Assembly: GCA_964616855.1 (NCBI GenBank)
Contig: CAZTUJ010000005.1
Span: forward strand, 1-53,436
DNA length: 53,436 bases
Source: an uncultured Gammaproteobacteria bacterium
GTDB lineage: Bacteria > Patescibacteriota > Patescibacteriia > Patescibacteriales > UBA12465
Reading direction: 5' to 3'
Positions 29,701 to 38,792 of the stretch are shown here, in pieces. The stretch's first letter is position 1; every line of letters starts with the position of its first letter. The position numbers and the translations under genes are program-made. The notes beneath the pieces are model-generated. The model was not told where the DNA came from and did no database searches. It saw only the letters and a program-made list of their open reading frames with translations.

Positions 29701-32634
29701 ACTAAAGATTCTTGCATGGCTCATAGCCAGTTCTGTTGCTTTGATTCTCGTGGTACCGCCAGTGAGCATGATGATGTCTGTACTGGGGGTAGCGGCCAAG
29801 CAGTGAGTAGTGATCCGGCGAGTCCCGATTTCGGCTATTGTGCCTATTTTGATTGTGAAAGTGCCTCTTCTTTACCGCCAGGAGATCCCAGTAAGTGTGC
29901 CTCTTCGACGCCTAAAGTTTTTGGTTTATTTAAAACTGTCGAAAGCTGCGTTGATAATTGTGCCGCTAATCCCGGTGTAGATTTCTGCAGCCAATTTGAC
30001 GGTGATCAGTTGGCGTGTGCCGCTGGTGCCGGCTGTTGTTTCAACTTTAGTGACCAACAATGTAATTCTGGTACGCAGATGGCCGGTGGTTATTGCGCTT
30101 ACTATAATTGCCAAGCCACCCCCAATAATGATCAATGTGATCCCAATCCGATTGCTACCGGAACTTACCAAAGTTTAAGCACTTGTGCTACTGGCTGTGC
30201 CCAGCCGGTTCTCGGTGGACTTGGTAAAGATTGTCGGAATTTAACAACTACTTCTACCACGGAATGTAATCAATCTTTCTGCTCCTCTCCTTTTGCCTGT
30301 TTAAATAGTACGGGCTCGGTTGGCCTACCAGGCGATTGCGGTACCTGTTGTTGTCAGGTGAGCAATCCGGCTTCCTGTGCAGGAATTGGCAATGGCAATT
30401 TGGTCTGTCAGCCGAATCAAGCTCCTTGCTCCGGCAATGACCGTGGTTTATGTTGCGGCTGTAGCCAAGATTCTGACTGCGGCAATGTTGAGACTTTAGG
30501 TTGCGATGCCGGTACTTGTTGTCGCGCTCGCCCAGAAGTGATTGTGGATTCTGTCCAGCCACCTTCTAGTGCTAATAACGTCTGTCGTAATGCTAGCATC
30601 AGGGTGCCTTTTGATCAGGATATGGATATTAGCAGTTTGTCTAACGGTTTAATTTTATTAGAAGAACATGATTATGGTAACGGCTCTTGTCCAGCCGGTA
30701 CATTTTTAGCTGCGGCCGATGGCTTTAAACCTTTACACCAGAATTTTTTTGTCCGCGTTTATCAAAAATTTACTCGTTCTGTGCGTAGTCTTGCCCGTCA
30801 TTTAGGTTTAAGTTCTGAAACCGCCCTCGCTTTATCTCCTCCTAGCCCTTCGAAGCTGTATTGTGCCGTGCCAGGAATGGTGGTACTTACTCAAGAAGGT
30901 AATGGCAGCGTTGCTGAATTCCGTCCCAAGAAATTATTAGCGCCCGCCACTTCTTACTATTTAATCGTGAAAGGTGATGGCGCTCTAGATAGTAATGAGG
31001 GTGTTTTAAGTCAGTGGCAATTGGGGATGAACGGCGCTGGCTATTTAAATCCCGCTACCAATAATTATATTGAAGGAGCTACTCTGACTTTTAATAATTT
31101 AATATTTACTAATTCTTACATTACTAGCTTCAGTACTCTGCCTCAACAGGGAGCTAACGCTGGTATTTGTGCGGTTGATTATGTTGTGACTGCTCCCGCT
31201 TCTTATCTATTCAAAAATACGGAAAATGATCTCAACGAAGATGACACCAATCCCCAGAGCAATAGTTTTGATACTAAGGCTGACCGGGATAAATTATTCA
31301 GCGCTAGTGCTTATAGCGCTGATGGCCAGAAACTCCATCCTAGCTCTGGTTACTATTGGGATTGGAATTGGGAGGTTGTTAAGCCTAGCGTCGCCACCCT
31401 CGCCTCTGTCAGCGGCTTAAGTTCGGACCAAGCTTTCGTGGTGGCGGCCGGTGGAGTTTCCGATGACTCTACGATTTTAAGAGCCGAATTAAACATGGAT
31501 CGTTTTTCCGCTCCGGCCTGTAACGCCTCTTCTGCTTGTGTTTGTGCTGAACCAGAATGTTTTAATAATTGTTGTAATGCTTATCAAGATGGTGATGGTT
31601 TGCGCACGGAGACGCCTTTGTTTATTTTCTTATGTAGTAATCCTTGGCCGGCCATTGATCCGGCGACTCAGAACTGGTCCCCTTGGTATGATACTTGCGA
31701 TGGGGCTATTGGTAATTGCTCTAATTATAATTATAAGTTTTATTACTGCCGCGATGCTGGTGGCGATAGCCTGGCGGATGATTTACCCGCAATGATTAAC
31801 CCGGCTGTTATCAGAGGCTCGGGTAATGCTTTGGCCTGTAGTGAGGGCCAAGCCCCTTGCTCTAATCTGGGTTCAACTTGCGGTCCTGATAATAATTTTG
31901 ATGGCGTTGGTGATGGCTTCTGTATCTGGAATGTCTTAAAAGAATCTTACTTCTTTAAGGAAGCAACTCCGCAGGTCGGTGCGATTACGGCTGCCGTTGA
32001 CGAAGAGGACGGTGAAACGGTACGTTTGGAGTGGTATGGCGATTCTAGTTTGATTTATGATGCCAACCCAAATAAGATGGGTAAATATCGAATTTACTAT
32101 GCGCCGGTTAATGCGGGTAATATGTCTTTTGTTGATACTAAGCCGACCGATGATTATTTAGAGGGTTTTTCTACCCCCGTTTGTTCACCCTTAGTTCCTA
32201 GCGCTGGTGAAAATTATTCTTGCCACTTCTTGTTGTCTGGTTTACAGACTGACGTTTCTTATCGCTTTAAAGTTTCCGCTATTTCGATTGCTCAAGTAGA
32301 AAGTCCCTTGTCAGATGAAAAGACCGTGCTGGTAAGCGACAAAATTGCGCCACCCGCACCCCAGGGTTTAAGTGCGCAAATTATTAATGCCCAGCGAGTG
32401 CGCTTTACTTGGCACGCTAATGATAGTGACACCTCTTTTAATCGCCTTTATCACGGCATTGCTAGTGGCCAGTATGGAGAATCTTTTGATTCCGAGGAAG
32501 GCGTGACCGCCTTAGAGCTGGATTTACTTCAGTTTAGTCCGGGTACTCATTATTTTGCTTTGTCAGCCTTAGATGAGTCTAATAATGAAAGCGGCAAATC
32601 CGCACCGATTTCTCTAGTGATCAGTGCGCAGTAA
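26770..32634 (+). CDS. 1954-aa VirB2/TrbC-like pilin fusion with IPT/TIG, Cys-rich, Ig-like and FN3-like domains
   Basis: Pilin N-terminus paralogous to the upstream gene. IPT repeats (GQYVTIHGGGFG, W.DKQIIVKVP), dense Cys clusters (CDCCC, CGTCCC) and C-terminal FN3-like segments. GTG start. Confidence 0.85.
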   Translation: MFKNKKAIIRLFALFFLIGASLAFAQLAGAQIDVGTNEISNDIVLSANDPRTIAARIINVVMLILGVLAVGLVVYAGFLWMTSNGEEDKIDQAKKIMRNGVIGLAIVLSAWGIASFVLSRLMGATNGNGSGNYCVNGSSSACGCGGSMICTDNSWGSCIGSDCSNGGGPTSCDSDPLPGCQAVDQICASDSYCDSSTCACLPKGELGDSCDADAVSPTCEADNNLCAEYLSCDTTSCTCYGPPVITEISPVGGFCQEDSNRSCDSDDDCSIACDLATPNGAVDNIITISGSNFGAYDPTNSRVIFGGDLAGVEPSVLNPDCINSWSNNQIIIAVPSGVLTGSVRVITSDNQADTTNDENGPVLPDFVANNIVRPGLCLLTPDAGLLSEQVNYRGINLYSGDAYFGNYSKNVRGLDSVFVNPAGLAGTSTIPNLNRGKMSSFVVASVAGNQEKSNYVSFVKEEEPDAGPFISYFEPATGRAGQYVTIHGGGFGGARGSSQVYFGDVEADYAFPEVCANSVWRDKQIIVKVPANLSDGNYEISVKLGETEIDSQNANPNTFAANAAISLKTSICRVSPQRGQIGTPVSIWGEYFGDNGGDALSVFTYNRSVSGVIALDQGAQRLDPLVPENAVTGPLKVLKNNEWGNDVNFEIGACTANSDCGGEVCCPASTYKQGRCVNALADCYLDIPNSVFEWGFSTGFGGVATTTTYDSCQGMAQTLGACQVGAFCPNSPGLCSPFGGGTQILGSCDSTCASNPACASQAAGACSYDSELDACVANNVNCSLSSTLIYNLNGTEFSAIQSCKVFPQFGSQTHWEINTAASCPNGWTRLDGGRCVDSVSNTTSSCSLCASGFDCASINNTGRCVTAELCGGEADCNGSSCVASDSARCDCCCEIGQDARDCCAPLSCTGTCGSDLSDDNSGLGQCSGCAIDSDNNGSFSVDEQLLSDQACNCSSHSGKYCDVSQPTGACVDCSRLTTKDSCMAHSQFCCFDSRGTASEHDDVCTGGSGQAVSSDPASPDFGYCAYFDCESASSLPPGDPSKCASSTPKVFGLFKTVESCVDNCAANPGVDFCSQFDGDQLACAAGAGCCFNFSDQQCNSGTQMAGGYCAYYNCQATPNNDQCDPNPIATGTYQSLSTCATGCAQPVLGGLGKDCRNLTTTSTTECNQSFCSSPFACLNSTGSVGLPGDCGTCCCQVSNPASCAGIGNGNLVCQPNQAPCSGNDRGLCCGCSQDSDCGNVETLGCDAGTCCRARPEVIVDSVQPPSSANNVCRNASIRVPFDQDMDISSLSNGLILLEEHDYGNGSCPAGTFLAAADGFKPLHQNFFVRVYQKFTRSVRSLARHLGLSSETALALSPPSPSKLYCAVPGMVVLTQEGNGSVAEFRPKKLLAPATSYYLIVKGDGALDSNEGVLSQWQLGMNGAGYLNPATNNYIEGATLTFNNLIFTNSYITSFSTLPQQGANAGICAVDYVVTAPASYLFKNTENDLNEDDTNPQSNSFDTKADRDKLFSASAYSADGQKLHPSSGYYWDWNWEVVKPSVATLASVSGLSSDQAFVVAAGGVSDDSTILRAELNMDRFSAPACNASSACVCAEPECFNNCCNAYQDGDGLRTETPLFIFLCSNPWPAIDPATQNWSPWYDTCDGAIGNCSNYNYKFYYCRDAGGDSLADDLPAMINPAVIRGSGNALACSEGQAPCSNLGSTCGPDNNFDGVGDGFCIWNVLKESYFFKEATPQVGAITAAVDEEDGETVRLEWYGDSSLIYDANPNKMGKYRIYYAPVNAGNMSFVDTKPTDDYLEGFSTPVCSPLVPSAGENYSCHFLLSGLQTDVSYRFKVSAISIAQVESPLSDEKTVLVSDKIAPPAPQGLSAQIINAQRVRFTWHANDSDTSFNRLYHGIASGQYGESFDSEEGVTALELDLLQFSPGTHYFALSALDESNNESGKSAPISLVISAQ

Positions 32635-32652
32635 TTTTGTTAATATTTTTAT

Positions 32653-35600
32653 ATGATTAATAAGCGTCTTTTTTATCCATTGCTAATCGGCTTGCTTCTT
32701 TTAGCTTTCTTGCCTCTTGCGGGCAGGGCGGCCGAAGGGAATAATAACGTTAATGTTATTGGTGATCCTGGCTCGGCGGCCGCGGAAGCTAGCAATAGTA
32801 GTGATGCGATTGCTGTTCGAATTTTGCCGAACCCAAATCACTATAGCGCGGCTCGTTGGTATAAAAGCCAGAAGTTTTCTGGTTCCCCGCAGGCCTTGAT
32901 GGTTGATGGCTATGACGCCGTCCGTGACGGACGCACAGTTTATGTTAACGCTGCTAATGTTAATCTGGCAACTAAGCAAATTTATACCAACATCTATTTA
33001 ATTTCGTATAACCAGGACCCTGATTTTAAGACAGTGGATGTTTTGGGACAGATAGTAGATCATTGGCGCTTTAATAGCAATTTGAATGAGTCGGGTAATT
33101 GCTATATTTCCACCATGCCTTGCGAGAGCGATTCCGATTGTACTGAAGGCTATACTTGTTTTGGTAAGAGTAATGCCCCGGGGCGCTGCCGTTTAGCCGA
33201 AAATGATGTCTGTTATACTGATGCTGATTGTGGCAAGAATTTATATTGCAATAGCTTGCGCGCCCAGGTTGCCCGTGATGTCCGCCGTTTAGGCATGTTG
33301 GGTGATTTGCGTGAATCCTTAGCGGCTTTTAATAATAAGAATGATCGTTATCCAATTTTGGGTGCCGGTACTTATTTACCCCTAAACAGCTTATCTGTTT
33401 GGCCAAGTTGGCAATCTTTGTTCTTACCTCAAATTGGGGCAGGTAGCTCTTTAGTCGATCCTATTAATACCCTTGGCCCTTGTGCCGATCACGATGTAGA
33501 TACTTGTTGGAATAAAGACACTAATTCTTTTGCTGATCCAGAACCAGATAACAACTCTTTAGAATTACCGGCGGGGAGCTATGTTTTTACCTACTCTAGT
33601 GACCAAAATGGCTCCAATTACAGTTTATGCGCGGCCATGGAAACCAAGAGTCTCGGTTATAATACAACCGAAGGACAGTTGGCTGATTCCGGTTGCGTTG
33701 CTAGCGGTGCCGGTTATGTCGGCTCTAGCGATAATCTTGAGCCGATTTTGATTGCCACTAATTTACAAGGTGAACAGAATCAAGAATTTAATGGTTTTAT
33801 TAAAGTGATTGATCCTGAGGGCAATCCTTTAGATTGGTCAATTAATACTAGTGCTAGTACTTGGACTAATTGGCGTAATAATAATCAAAACAATGTTGCT
33901 CCTATCTTGCAAGACAGCTCTAATCCTAACCAAAAGAGAATTTATGCTCAAGCCGCCGGTAATGCCGGCAACTACAATTTACCACTAACGGTTAGTGATG
34001 GTCAGGGCGGGACCTTGTCGACGGTGACAGTTTTAAAAATTACTAACAGTGCCCCGTTAATACAGTCGGATGACCTTGTTTATTATCCAAATGAACCTAT
34101 CCCTTTGATTGTTCGCTTCAGCGTTACGGATAAACATCATCCTCTTTCCTATACTTTTACTAAAGCAACTTGGAGCTCAGGTCCTTATGATATTCTTTCT
34201 CCGCCCCATTCCACTCTTGGCCCTGTGGCGGCAGAAAGAGTAGGGGATACCGTCTATTACGCTCGCAAATACGATATTCACACGACCAATAAGTTTAGTA
34301 AGGACACCACCTTCGTTTATGTCGTTACTGCCAAAGATCAGTATAATGTTAGTTCCACTCGGCAGATAAATATTACTTTTAAGGCTGACCCGCCCGCTTT
34401 GGACTTAAATTGTTCAAAATCAGTTCGTGTCGGTTCTTATTATTACTGTGGCTTGGGCTGGCAGAAGCAGGGGGATCATACCATTAGTTATAGTGCCTCC
34501 CTTCCTTTGCCTGCGGGCTTAGCGATTTTGGAAACAACTACGGGCGTGCCCGAGTTAGGCGATGATACTAATATCTCTAAATCTTCGGGTGGAGTTTGGG
34601 GCCGTTTGCTTACTTGGTTCAAGTCTTCATTAAATCCCGCGGCTGAAGCCGCTGTTACAATGAGCCATTATTATGCTTTGTACGGCACTCCGACGGTGGC
34701 CTCCTCTTCTTTCTTAATTAAGATTAAGGCAGAAAATGAATTTGGTGCTTTTACCGAAAGAGAATTCCGTTTAGGAGTTAATAATTACTGCGGCGATCAC
34801 TCTTTACAGAGACCGAATTTCGAAGGGCGTGGCGGCTTCTATAATGACGGCCACGAAGATTGTGATGGTAATACCGGAATTGTAGTCAATCGCAACAATA
34901 TCCCTGCTAGTTCTCCCAGCTTGCAATACGGTTGCACTACTAAAATCACAGACACTGTTCCTTTCCCCATCATGAATAATCAGTATTTTTGCACCTTCCT
35001 TGCTCCCGACGATGAAGAGGGCGGCGGTTATTGTGGCGATGGTATTTGTCAGGCAAAAGTAAGACGCAATGGTCAATTAGTTCCCTGGGAGATAGGCGGT
35101 CTTTGTCCTGAAGATTGTACTTGTGCCGGCCAGAATCAAGTTAATAATAATGGAGAGTGTGCTTGTGTGAGTGGTTGGTATGATTGTGACGGCCAAGATG
35201 GTTGTGAAAGCAGTACTGATTGTAACCAAGACGGCGGTTGTCTGGCTAGTCAATATTTATGCGCCGGTGAATGTCACCCGCGGGATATTAATCATAGTAC
35301 TGATTGCGGAGAAAACACTGATAAATGTTGTACCGGCGGGCCAGATTGTGCCGCCCAAGGCTGTCCGAACGGATTTTACAATTGTGATGGATTCTACGAT
35401 TGTGAAGCAACAAGTTGTTTGTGCCCAGCGGGTCACATTTGGAATGATGACGCCTGGCCTAACGGCGGCTGTGTTTTAGATCCTCAGGTCCCTTGTCCAG
35501 GGCAACAGCCTTGCGGCAATCACTGTTACAATCCCACCACTCAGCAATGTTGTGGCGGTCAAGTAGTTTGTGGAAATAACCAATATTGCTGTAATCCTTC

Positions 35601-35691
35601 TGCCAATTCATTTGTTTGTGTTTCTAGTTACACTTATTGTTATATAGATTCAGAGGGCGGTAATGGCAATGGCAATGGTAATGCTAATTAA
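32653..35691 (+). CDS. secreted Cys-rich multidomain protein with an internal type IV pilin/GspG-like segment and Ig/cadherin-like repeats
   Basis: Signal peptide; RDVRRLGMLGDL...YP...DP; DPEGNPL and LTVSDGQGG repeats; CGD...EDCD repeats; GN-repeat C-terminus. Confidence 0.8.
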   Translation: MINKRLFYPLLIGLLLLAFLPLAGRAAEGNNNVNVIGDPGSAAAEASNSSDAIAVRILPNPNHYSAARWYKSQKFSGSPQALMVDGYDAVRDGRTVYVNAANVNLATKQIYTNIYLISYNQDPDFKTVDVLGQIVDHWRFNSNLNESGNCYISTMPCESDSDCTEGYTCFGKSNAPGRCRLAENDVCYTDADCGKNLYCNSLRAQVARDVRRLGMLGDLRESLAAFNNKNDRYPILGAGTYLPLNSLSVWPSWQSLFLPQIGAGSSLVDPINTLGPCADHDVDTCWNKDTNSFADPEPDNNSLELPAGSYVFTYSSDQNGSNYSLCAAMETKSLGYNTTEGQLADSGCVASGAGYVGSSDNLEPILIATNLQGEQNQEFNGFIKVIDPEGNPLDWSINTSASTWTNWRNNNQNNVAPILQDSSNPNQKRIYAQAAGNAGNYNLPLTVSDGQGGTLSTVTVLKITNSAPLIQSDDLVYYPNEPIPLIVRFSVTDKHHPLSYTFTKATWSSGPYDILSPPHSTLGPVAAERVGDTVYYARKYDIHTTNKFSKDTTFVYVVTAKDQYNVSSTRQINITFKADPPALDLNCSKSVRVGSYYYCGLGWQKQGDHTISYSASLPLPAGLAILETTTGVPELGDDTNISKSSGGVWGRLLTWFKSSLNPAAEAAVTMSHYYALYGTPTVASSSFLIKIKAENEFGAFTEREFRLGVNNYCGDHSLQRPNFEGRGGFYNDGHEDCDGNTGIVVNRNNIPASSPSLQYGCTTKITDTVPFPIMNNQYFCTFLAPDDEEGGGYCGDGICQAKVRRNGQLVPWEIGGLCPEDCTCAGQNQVNNNGECACVSGWYDCDGQDGCESSTDCNQDGGCLASQYLCAGECHPRDINHSTDCGENTDKCCTGGPDCAAQGCPNGFYNCDGFYDCEATSCLCPAGHIWNDDAWPNGGCVLDPQVPCPGQQPCGNHCYNPTTQQCCGGQVVCGNNQYCCNPSANSFVCVSSYTYCYIDSEGGNGNGNGNAN

Positions 35692-35715
35692 AATTTTTTA
35701 GTAACATCAATAATT

Positions 35716-36030
35716 ATGAAGATTAATAAAAAAGTTTTATTACTGGCCGTTGGATTATTGGTTTTAGCCGCTTTAGCCTGGTGGCTTTACACTCAGCGCT
35801 CTAACCCAGAGAAGAATGGAACTAATGTTTCTGAAAACCAAGCAGCCTCTTTAAACCCGGTTTTTATGAGTACGGAAGAAAAGGCTAGCCTTTATATTCC
35901 AGAGGAAACTAAAGTCCAGGTTTTAAATAGAGATGAAAAAGGTGAGCCCATAACTTATAAAATCATTAATAATGATGCTGAAGTTGTTACCGAGGATAAA
36001 ATGGCGCCAATTAGGCCAGAAAATCAGTAA
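35716..36030 (+). CDS. small membrane-anchored hypothetical protein
   Basis: N-terminal TM, 104 aa, within the operon. Confidence 0.75.
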   Translation: MKINKKVLLLAVGLLVLAALAWWLYTQRSNPEKNGTNVSENQAASLNPVFMSTEEKASLYIPEETKVQVLNRDEKGEPITYKIINNDAEVVTEDKMAPIRPENQ

Positions 36031-36101
36031 AGATGCATTTTTTGAAAAAATCGTTTATAATAATAAAGAAATTAGTTTTCTTAAAATAAATTTTGAAATT
36101 T

Positions 36102-36785
36102 ATGTTTAACAATCTTGGCAATCAGCCTGCGGGCGCTGCCGGTGATAATTCTGTAGATGATATTTTTGCAGAAACTGATGCTTCGGTTGCCCATCCGGTT
36201 AGCGGTGCCAGTATTCAAACTCAGGCGGCCGGCCTTTCTGCCCCCCGCGCCTTAGTTGAAGGCGAGGATGCTCACGCTGGACGTTCAGGAATAAAAATAA
36301 AGTTTGTTCTCATTATTGTTTTAGTGGCTTTAATTTTGGGAGCAGCCGCTTATTTGGCTTATTCAAAATTTATGCGCTCAGCGGCGGAAAGTGATTTACT
36401 GCCTAGCGCCACCACTACCGCTGATAAGCCTTCAAATGAAGTCGTGGTAACTCCTCCCGTCAATAATGTTGTTGTTCCTGAGCCGGAACCCATTGTTCCT
36501 AACCCGGAGCCAGTAGTTAATACAAATGTTGCTACCAGCGCTAGTGGTACTACCGTAGTAACGGCACCGGTTGATTCCGATGGTGATAGTTTAACGGATT
36601 TAGAAGAAAAGGCGCTTAATACTAATATTAACTTGATTGATTCTGATTTTGACGGTTTATCCGATTACGAAGAGGTTAAAATTTATCTGACTAATCCTAT
36701 TAACCCTGATACCGATGCTGACGGTTTTAACGATGGTGATGAAGTTAAGAGCGGTTATAATCCCAAGGGTAGTGGTAAGCTCTAA
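36102..36785 (+). CDS. single-pass membrane protein with a Pro/Val stalk and thrombospondin type 3-like Ca-binding repeats
   Basis: DSDGDSLTD, DSDFDGLSD and DTDADGFND repeats; ATG at 36102. Confidence 0.85.
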   Translation: MFNNLGNQPAGAAGDNSVDDIFAETDASVAHPVSGASIQTQAAGLSAPRALVEGEDAHAGRSGIKIKFVLIIVLVALILGAAAYLAYSKFMRSAAESDLLPSATTTADKPSNEVVVTPPVNNVVVPEPEPIVPNPEPVVNTNVATSASGTTVVTAPVDSDGDSLTDLEEKALNTNINLIDSDFDGLSDYEEVKIYLTNPINPDTDADGFNDGDEVKSGYNPKGSGKL

Positions 36786-36809
36786 ATTACGCCGTCTCTA
36801 TTTGTTGCT

Positions 36810-36995
36810 ATGAATATGAACCAAAAAAGTAATCAGAAGAATTTATCCGGCATCGCGGGGGTGAGTTTGTATTTGCGTGTGCACGTGATGCCCAAATTAA
36901 ATATGCCTTTGCGCGGTCGCGCTTGGCAATGGATTAGCCCTTTTGCGGCCGCAGCCGTTTTGATTGTCGCTATTTTTTATTTTTTATCTGATTAA
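36810..36995 (+). CDS. putative small membrane protein
   Basis: 61-aa ORF that fills the gap, has a C-terminal TM and stops 2 nt before the next ATG. Confidence 0.5.
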   Translation: MNMNQKSNQKNLSGIAGVSLYLRVHVMPKLNMPLRGRAWQWISPFAAAAVLIVAIFYFLSD

Positions 36996-36997
36996 TT

Positions 36998-37999
36998 ATG
37001 GAGAAGCACGGCATCAAAGGTGATAAAAAAATTACGGATGATTTACAGCAAAAGCTGCAGAAGGATTTTATTGTTCGCAATATGCCTGCTTTTGCCAGTT
37101 TGAGTGGGGCGAGCTATGAGGGCCCTGATGGCAAAACCCATCATTCTTCAAAAAAGACAGTAAAAATTGGAGGGAAGTCCCTAGAATCACATAAATCTAC
37201 CGGCCTTATTATTATTGGCGCCGGTTTTTTGGTGGTGGCAATTTTATTTTATTTAGCCTATCGTTTTTTAATTTTGCCAGCAATGAATCCGGTTGCTCAG
37301 GAGCTTGTTGAAAATCCAGTTAAGTCTCAGGATGTGGCAACCAAAACAGACGAGGTGGTGCCGGAACCGGAAGTGGCTGTCACTCCTGCCCCAGTTGTAG
37401 TCGCGCCGGTGGTAGAGACGCCAGTAGCAGTCGTTGCCCCTAGTTTGCCGACCGTCGCTGATGCTGATAATGATGGCTTGAGTGATGTCGCCGAAGTTTT
37501 CATTGGCTCTAATGCTCAATTAGCTGACACTGATAATGATTCTTATAATGATAAACAGGAAATTTTGAGTGGCTATAATCCTCTTGGCGGTGGCAAGCTT
37601 AGTGAAAATAATAATTTGGGTCTTTACCGTGATGCCAGCGGTAGCTTTGCCGTTATCTATCCTCAAGCTTGGGAGGTAAAATCGGCTAGTGCTAACTCTA
37701 CTCTTTTTTCCGCCCCTGATCAGTCTTTTATCCAAATATCTTATGAAGCTAGCGATCAGGAATATGCCGATATTTTATCTTGGTACCAGGGTCAATTTTC
37801 TGATGCTGATGCTTTAAGCCCCGATCGTTTTATTGAGAGTAGCTTTGGGCCGGGAATTATTAGCGCCGACCAGCAAATAATTTATTTTTTAGACTCTGAC
37901 CGTCGTCATACTTTTGTTATTTCTTATATCAAATCAGGCGACGCCGCTCCTTACGCCGATATTTTTAAGATGATGGCGCTTACTTTAATGAAGCTTTAA
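36998..37999 (+). CDS. single-pass membrane protein with TSP3-like repeats and a C-terminal PsbP/Mog1-like domain
   Basis: TM helix, Pro/Val/Ala stalk, DADNDGLSD and DTDNDSYND repeats, then FAVIYPQAW. Confidence 0.8.
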   Translation: MEKHGIKGDKKITDDLQQKLQKDFIVRNMPAFASLSGASYEGPDGKTHHSSKKTVKIGGKSLESHKSTGLIIIGAGFLVVAILFYLAYRFLILPAMNPVAQELVENPVKSQDVATKTDEVVPEPEVAVTPAPVVVAPVVETPVAVVAPSLPTVADADNDGLSDVAEVFIGSNAQLADTDNDSYNDKQEILSGYNPLGGGKLSENNNLGLYRDASGSFAVIYPQAWEVKSASANSTLFSAPDQSFIQISYEASDQEYADILSWYQGQFSDADALSPDRFIESSFGPGIISADQQIIYFLDSDRRHTFVISYIKSGDAAPYADIFKMMALTLMKL

Positions 38000-38014
38000 T
38001 TTTATTAGTCTACC

Positions 38015-38048
38015 AAAAACCCCGCCGGTTTGCTGTGGCGGGGTTTTT
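38015..38048. terminator. bidirectional terminator between the surface-protein cluster and clpP
   Basis: A5-CCCCGCC...GGCGGGG-T5. Confidence 0.85.
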
Positions 38049-38066
38049 ATTTGATTTTAGTTGTGT

Positions 38067-38648
38067 TTATTCTCTGGAAATAATTTTGTCGATGAGGCCG
38101 TATTTTTTAGCCTCCTCTGCACTCATGTAGTTATCGCGGTCGCTATCTTTGTCAATAATATTAATTTTTTGCCCAGTGTGTTCAGCTAAAATCCGGTTCA
38201 TTTTATCTTTCGTTTTGAGAATATGCTCAGCTCTAATTTTAATGTCTGAGGCTTGACCTTCGGCCCCACCCATTACCTGGTGAATCATAATTTCACTATT
38301 GGGCAGAGCGAGACGCTTGCCTTTAGCGCCAGCGGCTAGTAAGATTGAAGCCATTGAGGCGGCTAAGCCGACGCAGATGGTAGACACCGGGCATTTAATG
38401 TACTGCATGGTATCGTAGATGGCTAAACCAGCAGAAACGGAACCACCGGGAGAATTGATATAAAATTTAATATCTTTTTCCTTATCTTCGGCAGCCAGAA
38501 AAAGCATTTGGGCAATGACGATATTGGCAACGTGGTCATCAATAGCTTCGCCTAAGAAAATAATACGATCCTTAAGTAAGCGGGAATAAATATCGTAAGC
38601 TCTTTCTACTTGGCCATCTTTTTCTATCACTGTGGGAATTAAGGGCAT
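38067..38648 (-). CDS. clpP: ATP-dependent Clp protease proteolytic subunit
   Basis: [24 protein letters not shown] (Ser), MIHQ (His) and DRDNYM (Asp). Confidence 0.98.
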   Translation of the reverse strand: MPLIPTVIEKDGQVERAYDIYSRLLKDRIIFLGEAIDDHVANIVIAQMLFLAAEDKEKDIKFYINSPGGSVSAGLAIYDTMQYIKCPVSTICVGLAASMASILLAAGAKGKRLALPNSEIMIHQVMGGAEGQASDIKIRAEHILKTKDKMNRILAEHTGQKINIIDKDSDRDNYMSAEEAKKYGLIDKIISRE

Positions 38649-38685
38649 ATAGTTTATTTTATATATTTTTTTGCTATTATTAAGA

Positions 38686-38751
38686 ATTATATGGCAATAT
38701 TGCTTTTTTGTAAAGCCTTGTCTTGATTTTTTCGGGTTTTTAGTCTAAGAT
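38686..38751. promoter_or_regulatory. divergent promoters for clpP and secDF
   Basis: Minus strand TTTACA-17-TATAAT (38714-38686); plus strand TTGATT-17-TAAGAT (38723-38751). Confidence 0.55.
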
Positions 38752-38792
38752 TTTAAAAGTTTCTAATCTTTGGCAATAAATCACCAAAATCT

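Noticed and set aside
35655..35688. GGCAAT/GGTAAT tandem repeat
   Set aside because: It is a short coding repeat for a Gly-Asn tail, not a CRISPR array or a contingency locus.
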